A stretch of 64,000 nucleotides of DNA from the human T2T-CHM13v2.0 reference genome, Homo sapiens: NCBI RefSeq assembly GCF_009914755.1, contig NC_060946.1, one strand, 5' to 3'. Made by a program: the position numbers and the translations under genes. The notes below the pieces were generated by a model, which was not told where the DNA came from, searched no databases, and saw nothing but the letters and a program-made list of their open reading frames with translations. This document shows, one piece after another, positions 23,251 through 41,344 of the stretch; positions within the stretch are counted from its first letter, which is position 1, and each line of letters begins with the position of its first letter.

Positions 23251-23375
23251 CAACAAATTAAATTTAAACTCTTAAAAAGGTCAGCCCCGGTTGAATAAAA
23301 AACAGAGAGGGATGGCTACAGGACGCCTGGTGCCCAGTTCCAGTCCAGAGCCCTGGAGGACAGCAGGATTCTCTC

Positions 23376-23394
23376 TGCCCACCAGGTGGCGCCA
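23376..23394 (+). promoter_or_regulatory. Candidate CTCF binding site
   Basis: TGCCCACCAGGTGGCGCCA fully matches core CCASYAGRKGGCRS, in non-repeat CpG-retaining sequence. Confidence 0.7.
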
Positions 23395-24652
23395 GATCCC
23401 CGGCGTCCGGCTGCCCAGCGCTCGGTGTTGGGTGGATGGGGCCCCAGGGAAGCCAGAGGCAGAGCCTGCAGGACCCACAGCAGGTCCTCGAGGGGACATG
23501 CCCCATCTGCTTTCCTTGCCTGAGCGTCCACCATCAGCACCCTCCACAGTACAGGGAGGAGGGCTGTGGATGATGGGTGTGTCACGGGAAAATGGAAGAG
23601 AAGGCTGAGCGTCTTGCAAAGCAGCTATCGGGTGATGGAGCTAGACATTTGCACACCTGCAGGCTGGGTCACATCCTGTTTTCTGAAGACGCTCACCATG
23701 GGGCCTGTCTGCGCGGCCACCGGAGCCAGGATCGAGCCCAGACAGTCCAGTCCCAAACAGACCCACACTCTTAAGCACTGGGCTTGCCTGCTGCCCCTCC
23801 CTGCGGTCAGATCCCCTCCTGTTACAGATGAGGAAACTGAGGCCCAGAGAGGGGAATCGCTTGCTGAGGATCCACCCCTTGTGTGGAGCAGAACCAAAAT
23901 GAGGGCTTCTGCCTGGTGGCTCCGAGGCCAGCACGCCTTCCTCCGCCATCGTGGAAACCCCTTGTCCCTTCCTGTCCAAGGAGCCCCGGCCCCCCTCCCG
24001 TGGGCTTTTCCCAGGAGCCTCCCTGTTCTGCCCAGCTCCCCTCTCCTCCCTTGCTCCAGACCCAAGCCACCCACAGACTACAACCCTTCCTACAGCCCCT
24101 TTCAACAGCCCCCGAGAGGATTTCCACCAGGGATTGGAAGAGGTCCTCATTCCTCCCACCCCCGGGCCGGATGGGGGCCGGAGGGGCAGGTGCGCGAGCG
24201 GGGCCGGATGGAGGATAGAGGGGCAGGAGGAGGTGTGGGCAGGCATGTCTTTTCCGGGTCCCACCTGAGGCCCCAGGTGCAGCCCCCTCGCACCATCCCC
24301 CGTCTGCCTGTGTTTGGGACCCAGGGCTGCGGCCGAGATCCATTTCCTCCCAGCCTCTGACCACCTGCTCCTGCCTCTCAGCACGTCTGCTTCTCCCCTC
24401 ATCCCCTTAGCAAGCCCTGGCCTCTGCTCCTTTCCTGCAAGCGCCCCACAGTTATCCTGCCTCTTCTCAGGGCACCCTTCCCTTCCTCCCATGTCTCAGT
24501 GTTGTCTTCCCCCAGCTGGGCCCTGGGCAGCCCCCTCCCTGAGCACTCCTCCACCAGCCCTCAGTCCACAGCTGGGAAAACTGAGGCCTCTAATCTGGGG
24601 GCTACTCAGGCACATGGTTGGAGTTCAGTTATCTGTGTGTCCCCCAGGCCTG

Positions 24653-24819
24653 GCACAGAGCCCCGCACTGGGGTGGACTCTGCAGTGGGAGATGGTGGAT
24701 GGGTTCAGCACAGAGCCCAGCGCTGGGGTGGACTCTGCAGTGGGAGATGGTGGGTGGGTTCAGCACAGAGCCCAGCGCTGGGGTGGACTCTGCAGTGGGA
24801 GATGGTGGGTGGGTTCAGC
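24653..24819. repeat. 55-bp minisatellite, 3 copies
   Basis: Units start at 24653, 24708, 24763: gcacagagcccagcgctggggtggactctgcagtgggagatggtgggtgggttca; copies 2 and 3 identical. Confidence 0.95.
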
Positions 24820-24829
24820 TGTGCTGGAA

Positions 24830-24975
24830 TCTTGCTCCACCACAGCATGCTGTGCAGCCTGGAGCAGGTCCCTCAACCTCTCTGAACCTCCATTTTCTCA
24901 TTTGTAAAACCAGGAAGAATGAGGCCTATTTTTTAGGCTTGTAGTGAGAATTGACAAGACAACGTATGCAAAATA
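24830..24975 (+). mobile_element. MIR
   Basis: caacctctctgaacctccattttctcatttgtaaaac...ggcttgtagtgagaattga. Confidence 0.7.
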
Positions 24976-25017
24976 AATATCACAGTATAAGGTGGTTTCC
25001 ATTTATTCATTCTATAA

Positions 25018-25350
<333 letters not shown>

Positions 25351-26581
25351 GATTGAACACCTATTATGTCTCATTATTATTAAGTTCAAAAGAAAAGAAG
25401 CCAATTCAGCAGACCCCAGATTCTGACCTCCCATCCTATGCTGTTTCCTGGTGCATCCTCCACTCCTAATCCACACGGAGGCGTCACCCTAAATTACCCG
25501 GCTGCACATATCACTACCCTGGTCAAAAGCCCCCAGCAGTTCCCCGGTGCCTAGGGTGTCAGCTTCCGACTCCTGGCAGTGACACTGAAGACCCTCTGTG
25601 ATCTGGTTCCAGCCTCTTTTCCATGGGATCTCTCTATCTTGTGACACCAACTTTGACTACAGGTGTGCAGATCTGGGTCCCGTGGCCAGAACACCCTGGG
25701 CTTTCTCACTGCCACACCTGTGCTCCTGCTATGCCCTTGAGTGGAACAGCTACCATTTTTGTCCTTACCCAACAAAGTCCCGTCCGCATTTTCTGGCCCA
25801 TTTCCCCCAGGTGGCCTCTCTGACCACCTGGAGCCAGGCTCTGAACCTCAGTCAGCCTCCTCGCCTAAGCATCCCGTTCCCCACTCCCCGACCGGGCCCT
25901 GCAAGGCCAGCTCTATCACCAATCATTGGCAGGAACCACTGGGCTAACAGCAGGTGCTGGACCGATCCACATGACAGGGGATGGCCTGACCTGCCCGTGT
26001 GATCAGAGTCCAGCTCTGCCACTGTCCCACGGGGATCATTCTTATCCGTCACATTCCTAAATGGACTAGAATGGTGGCCTCCTCTGCCCTGGGACCCTAC
26101 TCTCTCCAGGCAATGGAGAAAGAGCCAGGGGTCCCCCCACCACTAACTGCCCCACTGACACTGTGGGGTCTCTTCCCATAGTCACGGTGCAGGCATCAAC
26201 CAGATACCAGACTAAATGGGATTATCCAGACAGGACCACTGGGCCAGAGCCTTCTGCTGGAGGGAGGGAGCTTTGCTCCTCCCCTACACCCTCCCTGTTC
26301 CAGGGCTCAGTCCCTTCCACAAGGTCCCACCAAGCCTTCACAAGCCTGCCCCGTCTAGCGATGGGGAGCCCCATACCCCCTGGGGCATCTTGTCCATCTC
26401 TGATAGTTAGTTCAGAGCTGAGCTAGCTGCCTCCACGGAATTTCTGCCCCATTCATTCATCCTCTGTGAGTTCCTTCTGCACGCATTGAGCACCTACTGG
26501 GTGCTAGTTGATGTGCCAGCTCGCCTGAGCTTTGCAACACCTCTGTGAGGTGTGAAGGCGGATGCTGATGACAGTGATGGT

Positions 26582-26636
26582 TGCAAAACCAATGAGGAAA
26601 GTGAGGTGCAAAACCAATGAGGAAAGTGAGGTGCAA
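26582..26636. repeat. 25-bp perfect tandem duplication in a MIR-like segment
   Basis: (tgcaaaaccaatgaggaaagtgagg)x2 + tgcaa. Confidence 0.9.
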
Positions 26637-27069
26637 GAGAGATCACCACCCACACAGAATCTCACAATCATCAGGCAGCGGCTGGGCCAGGAGTAGATTT
26701 TCCATCTGGGTGACCCAGGAGCCTGTGCTCTTTCTTCCACTGAACTGAATACGTCCCCTAGCAGGACTTAGGAGGGGTAATACTTGGGGAGGTGGGGGCA
26801 GGACTAGCCTATCCAGTCCCCCAAAGCCTTCAGTAGAGGGCATAGAGCTGGACCTGCGTTGGGGTTACCAAGGGTAGCCAAGGGTAGTTTTGGAGCTGCT
26901 GCAGCCGCTGCTCACCCCCGGGAGCCTCCTTCTGAGAAGGAAGTATTATTGAGCCTACATTGTGTTGGGAGGGAAAACGTGGGGTCCTTGGAGCCCTGCC
27001 AGCCCCCTGCCTTCAGGCTGTTTGGCTTTGTTTGTTTTTTTGGTCTTTTTTTTTTTTCCTTTTTCTTTG

Positions 27070-27460
27070 GGCTGATTGTTCTCATTAAATCTTTTTGTCC
27101 TGTTTTGTTTTTTACGGGGCTGACAATGCTGCTCAGTGCTTAGCGCGGCTTCCTGTGTTTCTGCCCCAGCGCAGGCCTCGATGGGGCTGTGCTTCCTGTT
27201 GTGAGCCGTCGCCATGGCAACTGGAGGCCTGGTGGGCTCCATGGGGGTATGGGGAGGGGTGACATCAGTGACGTCACCGGGTGAGAAGGCAAGGGGCAGG
27301 GGTCTGGAGGGGGTTGCATGGGGGAAGGACAGCCAGCAGCCAGCCGGCGCATTGCTGGGAGCTGACTCACAGCCCGGGAAGGGGAAGAATGCCCTCACAT
27401 TCTTTTGGGAGGTAAACAAGGTCAGGGAATGCGGCTGGGATCCTGTTTACCTGACCCTGG
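27070..27460. promoter_or_regulatory. Candidate enhancer (RFX, CRE/ATF, AP-1, ETS, FOX, TEAD, SOX motifs)
   Basis: GTCGCCATGGCAAC 27208-27221; TGACATCA 27260-27267; TGACGTCA 27269-27276; TGACTCA 27363-27369; CTTCCTG x2; GTAAACA 27412-27418 and TGTTTAC 27444-27450. Confidence 0.65.
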
Positions 27461-28669
27461 CCCCCCGGGGGACCCGAAGCCCTTACAGGACAACACACTG
27501 GAATAGAACCAGCCAGACTTGGGGGGCTAGGGAAGCAGGGGAGAAGAGAGGAACCGTGAGGGGCCCCCAGGTGGGGGCCAGAGACAGAAAGCCCAGGATT
27601 CCAATCACATCTCCACTAGGTGACAGCGTGACAGCTCTATGACTCTGAGCAAGCCACATGGCCTCCCTGTGCCTCAGTTTCCCCTATTTCTAAATGGGGA
27701 GAATTTCTCGTGCAGATGGTCCCTTGGTCTCCAATCACTTTGGGCTGGTTTCGGGGGTTGCGAGGGTGGCAGCACAGCCCGTGCCTCTGCATTTTCTCCG
27801 TTCTCCACCCGCCCAAGGCCTGATCCAAGGCTAGGGTCTCCACGTCTCCGCCTGCACCTGACCCTGCTAGGGTAATGCCCCAGACCTGTAGCCAAACCAA
27901 AGGGCCGAGGTGGGCTGGCCTCGAAGGGAGGTGATGGGCGTGCAGCCCAGGGCGGGGCGCGGCACCTCTAGGATCCCAGGGCTGGAGTTGGTGCAGCTAG
28001 CCCCGCTCTCTCCCCTACCCTGTGTCCCCCCTTCAGCTTTCTCAGAGCCCCACCTCTTATCCCTGAACCTCCAGAGTGACGGCCTCCCCTGCTCATTAGG
28101 GAGGGTCCAGAGGAGCCCCTCCTGGTGCCAATGGTCTGTATCCTGATCAAACTCTGGGATTCCATGGTGCTGAGATCTGCAAGAACAGCCCCGGGGGCAG
28201 GGCCGGACTCTGCATCTCTAAGACAAACCTTTGCCACCTTTGAAACTGACCAGCTGGGAACAACGTGCCCTTCCCCCACAGGTGCCATGTGAGGGCACAG
28301 GCCATGCCCCCATGGCCACAGTTGAGTTGGGGCCACCTGGCCTATGGCTGAGAGTCTGGGTATCAGAGTCTGACTGGCTTTGCGGCTTGCTAGCTAGGGC
28401 CTTCGGTCAAGCTCCTTAGCCTCTGTGAGCCTCAGTTTCCTGATCTGCAAAGCAGAAGCTCCCAGGGTTGATGTGAGACTGAGTGAGTTAATTCACATGA
28501 AGCCCTTAGCGCATAGTAGGCCCTCATATGTGCTGAACCCACACAGAGCCAGCCCCCACAGACCCCTGCATCCTCCGCAGCAGCACCCAATGCCCCCGTC
28601 TCTGAGGGCTCCCCTATGCTGAACACCCGTCCCAGTGCAGGAACAGTGCCCACCAGATGCCCCATGGTT

Positions 28670-28890
28670 TTCCCATAAAGGGACCGGACTTGGGTTTCCC
28701 TGGACAGGGAATATCCTGTTCTGGGCTGGCGGGGGGGAGGAAGAGGAGCGGGAAGGACACGGCGGCTCCGCATTCCTGGCATTCTTGGCGGCCGCCCTGT
28801 CCAGCTGCCTCGGCGCTGCCGGGGGCCCTGGCCTACTGCCATGCTGGCCCGACACGGCACAGCAGCACCCCGCTTGGGGCGCCCCTTGGA
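28670..28890. promoter_or_regulatory. Small CpG-rich candidate enhancer with a tandem TEAD motif
   Basis: CATTCC-TGG-CATTCT 28771-28785; local CpG cluster including a NotI site. Confidence 0.45.
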
Positions 28891-30324
28891 CTTGGGGTGA
28901 TAGAGGACCCATCTTGTGCCAGTCCCACCCATCCCAGACTATCGCAGAAGCAAATGAACCCCAACCCTGGAAGCAGAGATTCGGGGGCTCTGGGAGGAGT
29001 CAGTTAACAGGGAAGGAGTTTCTGCTTTCAGTTCTACCTTATGGGGCTCCCTAGCCCACCTACCATTCCCCAGGGAAGCTCTCGGGGTCAGAGCCGGAAG
29101 AGGGGAGAGGTAGAAGACTCCTGGGTTCTAGTCTCCAGTGCCCAGACAGCCACTTCCCCTCTCTGGGACTCAGTATCTCTGTCTGCAAGATGGGAGACTT
29201 TGATCCCTTCCTTGGGCAACCCCAGCATTGCTGCCCTTGTCACGCTCTATGGCATCATCACTGCCTCTCTGCAGAGCCTGTGCCTCTGGCTAAGGGCAGG
29301 AGCTCATCCCTTCTCCGCACTGGGCCGGGCCTGGTGGGATATAGTGGTTCCCACCGCCACGCAGCCATGGTAGGCAGGATTCGAACATTCAGAGGGGAGG
29401 GCCTGGGGGCGGTCAGGCTCTGGAGCCCTCACCCTGGGAGTGCCTTTGGGGTCCTAGGAGGAAAGGGGTCCTTGTCCAAGATCCCACAGCTAGCTCGGTC
29501 AAGCTGACCCGGGAATCCGGGGACTTGCTGTTCTGCAAAACCACCAGAAACTAGGGTAATTCTTTTCCATGTTTTTCTGCAAACGCCCCCTAGTTTCAGG
29601 CCCAGAGCAGCCTGGGGAGAAGCTGGGAGCTGGAGGCTTCAGAGACCTCCACTCTGCAGGAGACCAAGCCCGCTCCCCATGCTGCCCTCTGCCCTTGGGG
29701 AGCCTGGAGGGGTCTTCCAGGGCCGGGAGGGGACAGGCAGGAGGGGCTGCAGTGGGATGGATGCATCTGGGCTGCCAGTCTCTAGCCTCCCACCCTCTCC
29801 CTCCCCTCTCCTGCTGGCTCGAGGACCACCCCAAGCCCCTGCCCAGTCCTGGGAACTCCAGCTCCATCTGCACTGCAGGCCCCATTTCCCACTTCAACAG
29901 CTCACGGTGGCTCTGGGCACAGGGACCAGAGCAACCTGGTCCAGGCCACAGCGAGAGGCAGGAGCAGCTCTTTGCTGGAGTCAGGAGGCCTGAGAAGTCC
30001 CTGGGCCTCTGCACCTCCACTTGATCATCACAGGGTTAGAGGATGTGGTCCCTGGGGCCAGCCTCATCAGTCCTCTGTGGTCCCAGGATTCTGAAATTCA
30101 ACTGTTTGGTTCTGAGACCATCAGTCACCTCCTTCTGCATGCCCTTGAGAGGATTAAGCAGAGGAAGTCCCTCCCTGTTACCTGCTCTTCTCTAGGGCTC
30201 ACCCTGCAGAGTTCAGCTCCCATCCAGGCCAGGGCCCTGCTCCCAAGGACCCCATCTCCCTACCACTTGACCCCCCCAAAAGGCCAGACACCCCCAACGC
30301 TATTGCCTCCGCCTTCCCCTGGTG

Positions 30325-30430
30325 CCTCCTGCCTGCCTGTCCCGCCTGCCTGTCCCACCCGCCTGTCCCACCCGCCTGTCCTGTCTGCCTGTCTGGCTGG
30401 CTGGCCATCTGTCTGTCTCTCTGTCTGTCT
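30325..30430. repeat. CCTG/CTGT low-complexity repeat with a 13-bp unit (cccacccgcctgt)
   Basis: Visible periodicity. Confidence 0.8.
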
Positions 30431-30639
30431 GAGGGACAGTAGGAGGAAAAGGCTGGAACCCCACCCTGCTGGGTCCACATGTCCAGGGCATTGTTCAGCC
30501 TCCTCTGGGAAATCACCTCAATTGTGAGGCTTAGGGGCCACTGCGGCACGGCCGGGTGTGTTTACAGATGCGGGGGTGGCCAGGGGTTGTGTCTGTGGAG
30601 GAGGATGGGCACAGGGGGTGTCACGATCATCTGTGTGTG

Positions 30640-30940
30640 GCACGCTTGATTAAATAATGATAAAATGACGAAATGGAATATTATGCAGCCATCAAATACG
30701 AGGCCTTTGAAGAAGAGTGAGGACATAAGAAATGGTCCCAGTGTAAGATTTACTAAAAGGGAAAGTGCACAATGAGAAGAAGTCAAAGTGACCCACCAAA
30801 TGCTAATCACAGTGATCTCTGCGCAGCCAAATCATGAGTAATTTCCTATTTCCTGTGTATTTACGGTGTATTTTCAATGTTTTTGGCAATGAGCACGTTC
30901 GTTTTGTAATCAGAAAAAGGAGAATAAATGTTGTAAAAAT
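30640..30940 (+). mobile_element. L1ME-type 3' end fragment
   Basis: aatggaatattatgcagccatcaaa...ttttgtaatcagaaaaa. Confidence 0.6.
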
Positions 30941-30994
30941 CAAACTAAAGATGAACTAGAAAACAAATGAACATGACTAAAATAAAATAAACTC

Positions 30995-31137
30995 ACTGGG
31001 CATGGTGGCTCACACCTGTAATCCCAGTTCCTCAGGAGGCTGAGGCAAGAGGATCACTTGAGCCTGACAGTTTGAGACCAGCCTGGGCAACATAGTGAGA
31101 CCCTGTCTCAAAAATAAATAAATAAATAAATAAAATA
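30995..31137 (+). mobile_element. Free Alu monomer (FLAM-like) with (AAAT)n tail
   Basis: Single Alu arm. Confidence 0.85.
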
Positions 31138-31179
31138 AGGCCAACAGAAAAGACTAAACATAAAACTAAGGCAAATGTT

Positions 31180-33806
<2,627 letters not shown>

Positions 33807-34154
33807 CAGTGGTTGCTGTTCTTTTTAAGAAGAAAGAAGAATGAGCATTCTCCCCTGGGGAATGATCCTGAAGAGCGGACACTGCGGGAGGAGGAGAGGG
33901 GTGTGCATGGCGGGAGGGATAGGTCCACCCGCCTTGACACACAGGCCCTCCATCACAGTGGCAGCAGGAGGCAGCGTCAGTGGGTGCAGGGGTGCACAGT
34001 GAGCACAGGGAGGTTCCCCAGGACCCCTTCTGCTTTCTCAGTGAAAAGGCAGCAAGGCCCTGGAGGTCTGAGGGGTAAGGAGAAGGTGTGGAAGAGCCCT
34101 CTTGGAGCGGTGCGTGTAGACCCAGGAAATGCAGCGGCATTGCCCAGCAACACT

Positions 34155-34615
34155 CTGGCAGATTGCATTTTCCAAGATGGCTGCAACAACATCTCCCGCC
34201 CCACAAGTTATTCTAGAACCTTTCGCTCCTCCACCAAGAGGTAGAGTCTAATTTCGCCTCCCCTAGAACCTAAGCAGGCTTGCGACTCACTGTGCTACCA
34301 ATGGACTGCAGCGGAAGTGACAATGCATCACTTTTGAGGCTAGGTTATCAAAGCTTCTGCCATATGGAGTGCTCAGGCTGGCGCCTTGAGCCTCCATGCT
34401 GTGAGGAAGCCCAACCAGCCCCTGCACATGGAAAGGCTCTCAGAGCACCTGAAGAGAGAGTTGCTCCAGCCACCACCTGTCTGTCACCTGTGAGACCCTG
34501 AACAACCCAGCTGAGCCTCTCCCAAGTTCATGACCCACAGAATTCAGGAAAGATAATAAAAAATATTGTTGTCTTAAGCCTTTAATTTATTATGCAGAAA
34601 TAGCTAATTGGAATA
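34155..34615 (+). mobile_element. MLT1 (G/H-like) MaLR solo LTR
   Basis: tggcagattgcattttccaagatggctgcaacaacatctccc...ccatgctgtgaggaagccca...gacccacagaa...agataataaa...ttatgcagaaatagctaa. Confidence 0.8.
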
Positions 34616-35309
34616 AATGCCAAGGACTAAACTGAGATTTGTGGTTGTGAATTTAAAGTGACACTCCTTTTTAGCCAAATGATATCTAAGGCATTTCTGC
34701 AGGGACAAGAGGCTGCACAGTCGCTGCAGGTTTCCCCTCCTTGCTGCAAGGGAGGAGAGAGACAATGGAGGAGGAAAGGTAGAGGAGATTGGGCCTAAGG
34801 TGTCAGGCAAAGTTGTGTGAACTGGACTCTGTAGGTAACCGGGAGCTACTGAGGGTCCTTCAGTGAGAGATGTTACATTCCATGCATAGGCTGAGCTCAT
34901 TCTGGACTTAGCAATACAGAATGCAGCCTGCATCCTTGGATGAACTGGGGGTATGAGGAGGAGAGAGGTCTCCCCAGAAAGCCTGGCCACAGGTCAGAGG
35001 CTGGGGACTCTGGGCGTAGCTGGACCTTCAGCCCCTTCTCTATCTGCCTGTTCCTTAGACATTCAGCCAACTAGGAGAGGGGTGGAGAGTGGTGACCCTC
35101 AGTGTTCCCACCTGAAAAATGGGCACATTGGACTTCAGGTCTCTAAGTGGGCTTCTGGCTCTGAGGCTACAGACAGGAAAGAGACATTTGTGGTCATATT
35201 TCCACATACACATTGCTTGTGGTCAGGACAGATGCTAGGCTGAGCCCTGGCTCCGTCCTGGTTGCTGGAGATGCAGGAAGAGGCCTGGCCCTCACTATAC
35301 AATAGGCCC

Positions 35310-36620
<1,311 letters not shown>

Positions 36621-39338
36621 CTGGGAGACACTGGGTCCTGTTGGGAGAGAGGAAGGGATGGACGAAGACCCAAAGCATGTCCCTGGCTCCACCCAGTAGA
36701 ACCTTCTGGAGACTCTATGCTCTGTCAGAGACGAAGTGGTTGAGCACCAGAAAGGGGGCAGTCTCCCCATCAGAGCTATTTCCTGCCACCAGTACCAGCT
36801 GCCCATCTGGCCCGGCCTGGAGCCCCGGGATGCAGGCAGCCGCTGTTGGCGGGAACCCAGGGCCTGCTTGGGACGCTTGGGCAGCTGGAGACTGATTAAG
36901 CTGGGAAAAGTGCAGGCTGGAGAAGACTGGGACGGGGAAGTGATCCGACGCTTCCTTAACACCAAAAAAGGGAACAGAAAGGGTCAACCTAGGCGCCAGG
37001 AGGAATCCAAACAGGTAGCACATAACAAAAGCAGATGACTCTTCCGTTTGAGTCTGACTGTGTTCCACGTCCGCACGCTTCCTCCCCCACTACCCACCGG
37101 AGCACGGCTCCGTAGGGATGACTCCCTTGCTATGACAGGGAGGCTGAGGCCCTGAGACAAGTGACTCACCCAAGGTCACCGTGAGGTGGGGCAAAGCCAG
37201 GGTATCAGCCTGAGCTCTCCCAGGACCCCCACTCCACGGCAGCAGAACTGAGCCATACCTGTGCCCACTCCTGCAGCAAGGTGATGGTGACGGTGAAGCT
37301 CCTGTCACCACCACTGGGGAGGCCATTCCAGTCCCTCACGGCCCCCACTATTGGAGAGGCAGGGGAGCGGACAGGAAAGGGGCTGCCGGGTCCAACTGGC
37401 TCAAGTTCAAGTCCTGCCTCCCCCACTCTGGCTGGGTGAACTTGGGCAAGTCAGCATCCTCATTTGCGAAATGAAGAAACCGATGCTTCCTTTAGCAGGA
37501 ATGCTAAGGAACGAATGCAGGAAGCGACTGACATCACACGTGGAAAACAGCTAGCACACCGGGCACAGGGAAAATACGACATTTCTCATAAGAAGGAAGG
37601 AAGGTGTTTGAGGCTTAGTTACCACACCACGGCAGGAACACTACAGTACACATGTGAACCCAGTGCTGTGGGGAGTAGAGGTTTGGTGGACCCTTTCAAA
37701 TAAATGCTGAAAACCAGAGTAGGGGTGGAGGGTGTTTCCCAAGAAATAAACCAGGGGTGCAGGAACTTCAGTGCTGTTCCTGCCACTCAGCAGGGACCCA
37801 GGCACTCCAGAACCTGCTCTCACACTTTCCCCAGGCACTGGAACAGAACTCTCACCCCCTGAGCCTGGGCTCAGCAGGGGCAAGGAGGCTGTAGACAGGA
37901 GGTCATTGTCCAGCCCGACTGTGTCCAGATCCCACAGATGCCAACCCATCTGGGGGACAGGGTCTTCTGGGGACCCGCCTGCCATGGGGGAGGCTATTTG
38001 TCCCCTAGTTGCCACGGGAGACTTAGATTCAACACTAGGCACTCTCTCCAGTGTCCTGACGGTGACCCGAGAGCATCTCCACCAGCAGGCCTGGGTGGGG
38101 CCTGCATAGACAAAGCGGCCTTTGGCTGCCAGCGGCCGGGTTGCAGAGCGTGCGTCAGCTCAGCAGCCAGCCAGAGAGGCCTGGAAGTCAGCCTTGCTGC
38201 CCCCCTCCCTTGTCACCATGTACATCTTGTTTCTTGTCATGACACGATGTGGCAGATGTTTCTTGTCAGCTCTGCCGCTGGTCCCTTCTGTCCACCCCCA
38301 TAGCTGCTGCCCTGGTCGCCCCACCACCCCTTCCTGGTCTCACAGTCAGTCTGTGCTGCACACCGCAGCCAGAGGGAGCTTTCAGATATGCAGTTCAACC
38401 TCATCAGTTCCTAGTTTAGAATCCTTCTGTGAATATTTGCAAAACGAGTACCTGACAAAGCATTCATATCCCAAATATGTAAAGAACTTCTACAAATCAA
38501 TAAGAAAAACAGAGGCAACCAGTAGAAAGGGGGCAGGAGACTTTGAGCAGGCCCTTCACAAAAGAGGTTCTCCAGGCTGGGCGCGGTGGCTCACACCTAT
38601 AATCCCAGCACTTTGGGAGGCTGAGGCGGGCAGATCACTTGAGTTCAGGAGTTTGAGACCAGCCTGGCCAACATAGCAAAACCCCATCTCTACTAAAAAT
38701 ACAAAAATTAGCCGGGCATGGTGGTACACGCCTGTAATCCTAGCAACTCAGGAGGCTAAGGCAGGGAGAATTGCTTGAACCCAGGAAGCAGAGATTGCTG
38801 TGAGCCAAGATCACGCTGCTGCACTCCAGCCTGGGTGACAGAGTGAGACTTCATCTAAAAAAAAAAAGGTTTATAAATATGTAAAAGTGTTATTATTCAT
38901 CAGAAGAAGGTAAAATAAAGCCATAATGAGATACCACTGCACTCCTACCAAAATTGCTCAAACGAAAATCATAAAAAATGTCAAGTGTTGGTGGGAATAT
39001 GGAGCAACTGGAACTCCCAGAACATTGCTACTGAAGGGAGTGCAAATTGGTGCAACCACTTTGGAAAATTATCTACTAAAGCTGAACATATGCCCAGCCT
39101 GTATTCAGCAATTCCACTCCTAGGTAGGTGTCCAACAGAAATGCGTGCATATGTCCACCCAAAGACATGACAGGAACACTGACAGCAGCTTCATTCATAC
39201 CAGCCAACAACTAGGAACAACCAAATCTCCATCAGTAGTAGAATGGATTGGGAATGAGTGAGATTTGTGAGGTGCAGGTGCACACAGTGACATGGGTGCG
39301 TCTCACATTGTGTCGAGAGGAAGAAACTACACATGAGG

Positions 39339-40814
<1,476 letters not shown>

Positions 40815-40967
40815 TGAACTTCAAAAACAGACAAAGTCAGGATAGTGCTTATTCTTGTGGGGAAAGGAGGAATTACACCTGAGGAGGCACGGGAGGATTT
40901 CTTACAGACTGGTACCATCCTACCTCTTGACCTGGGCAGTGGTTACCCAGCTGAGTTTAACTGGTGA

Positions 40968-41344
<377 letters not shown>

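Noticed and set aside
23495-24250. p53 half-sites (GGACATGCCC, AGGCATGTCT; others near 57681 and 60953)
   Set aside because: Isolated decamers with no adjacent second half-site
24653-24819. CRISPR-like array
   Set aside because: Head-to-tail units with no unique spacers, no cas genes, eukaryotic context
23566-24907. Long overlapping ORFs (264, 283, 197 aa) on both strands
   Set aside because: GC-rich and stop-poor; include MIR and minisatellite sequence; no recognisable domain or exon structure
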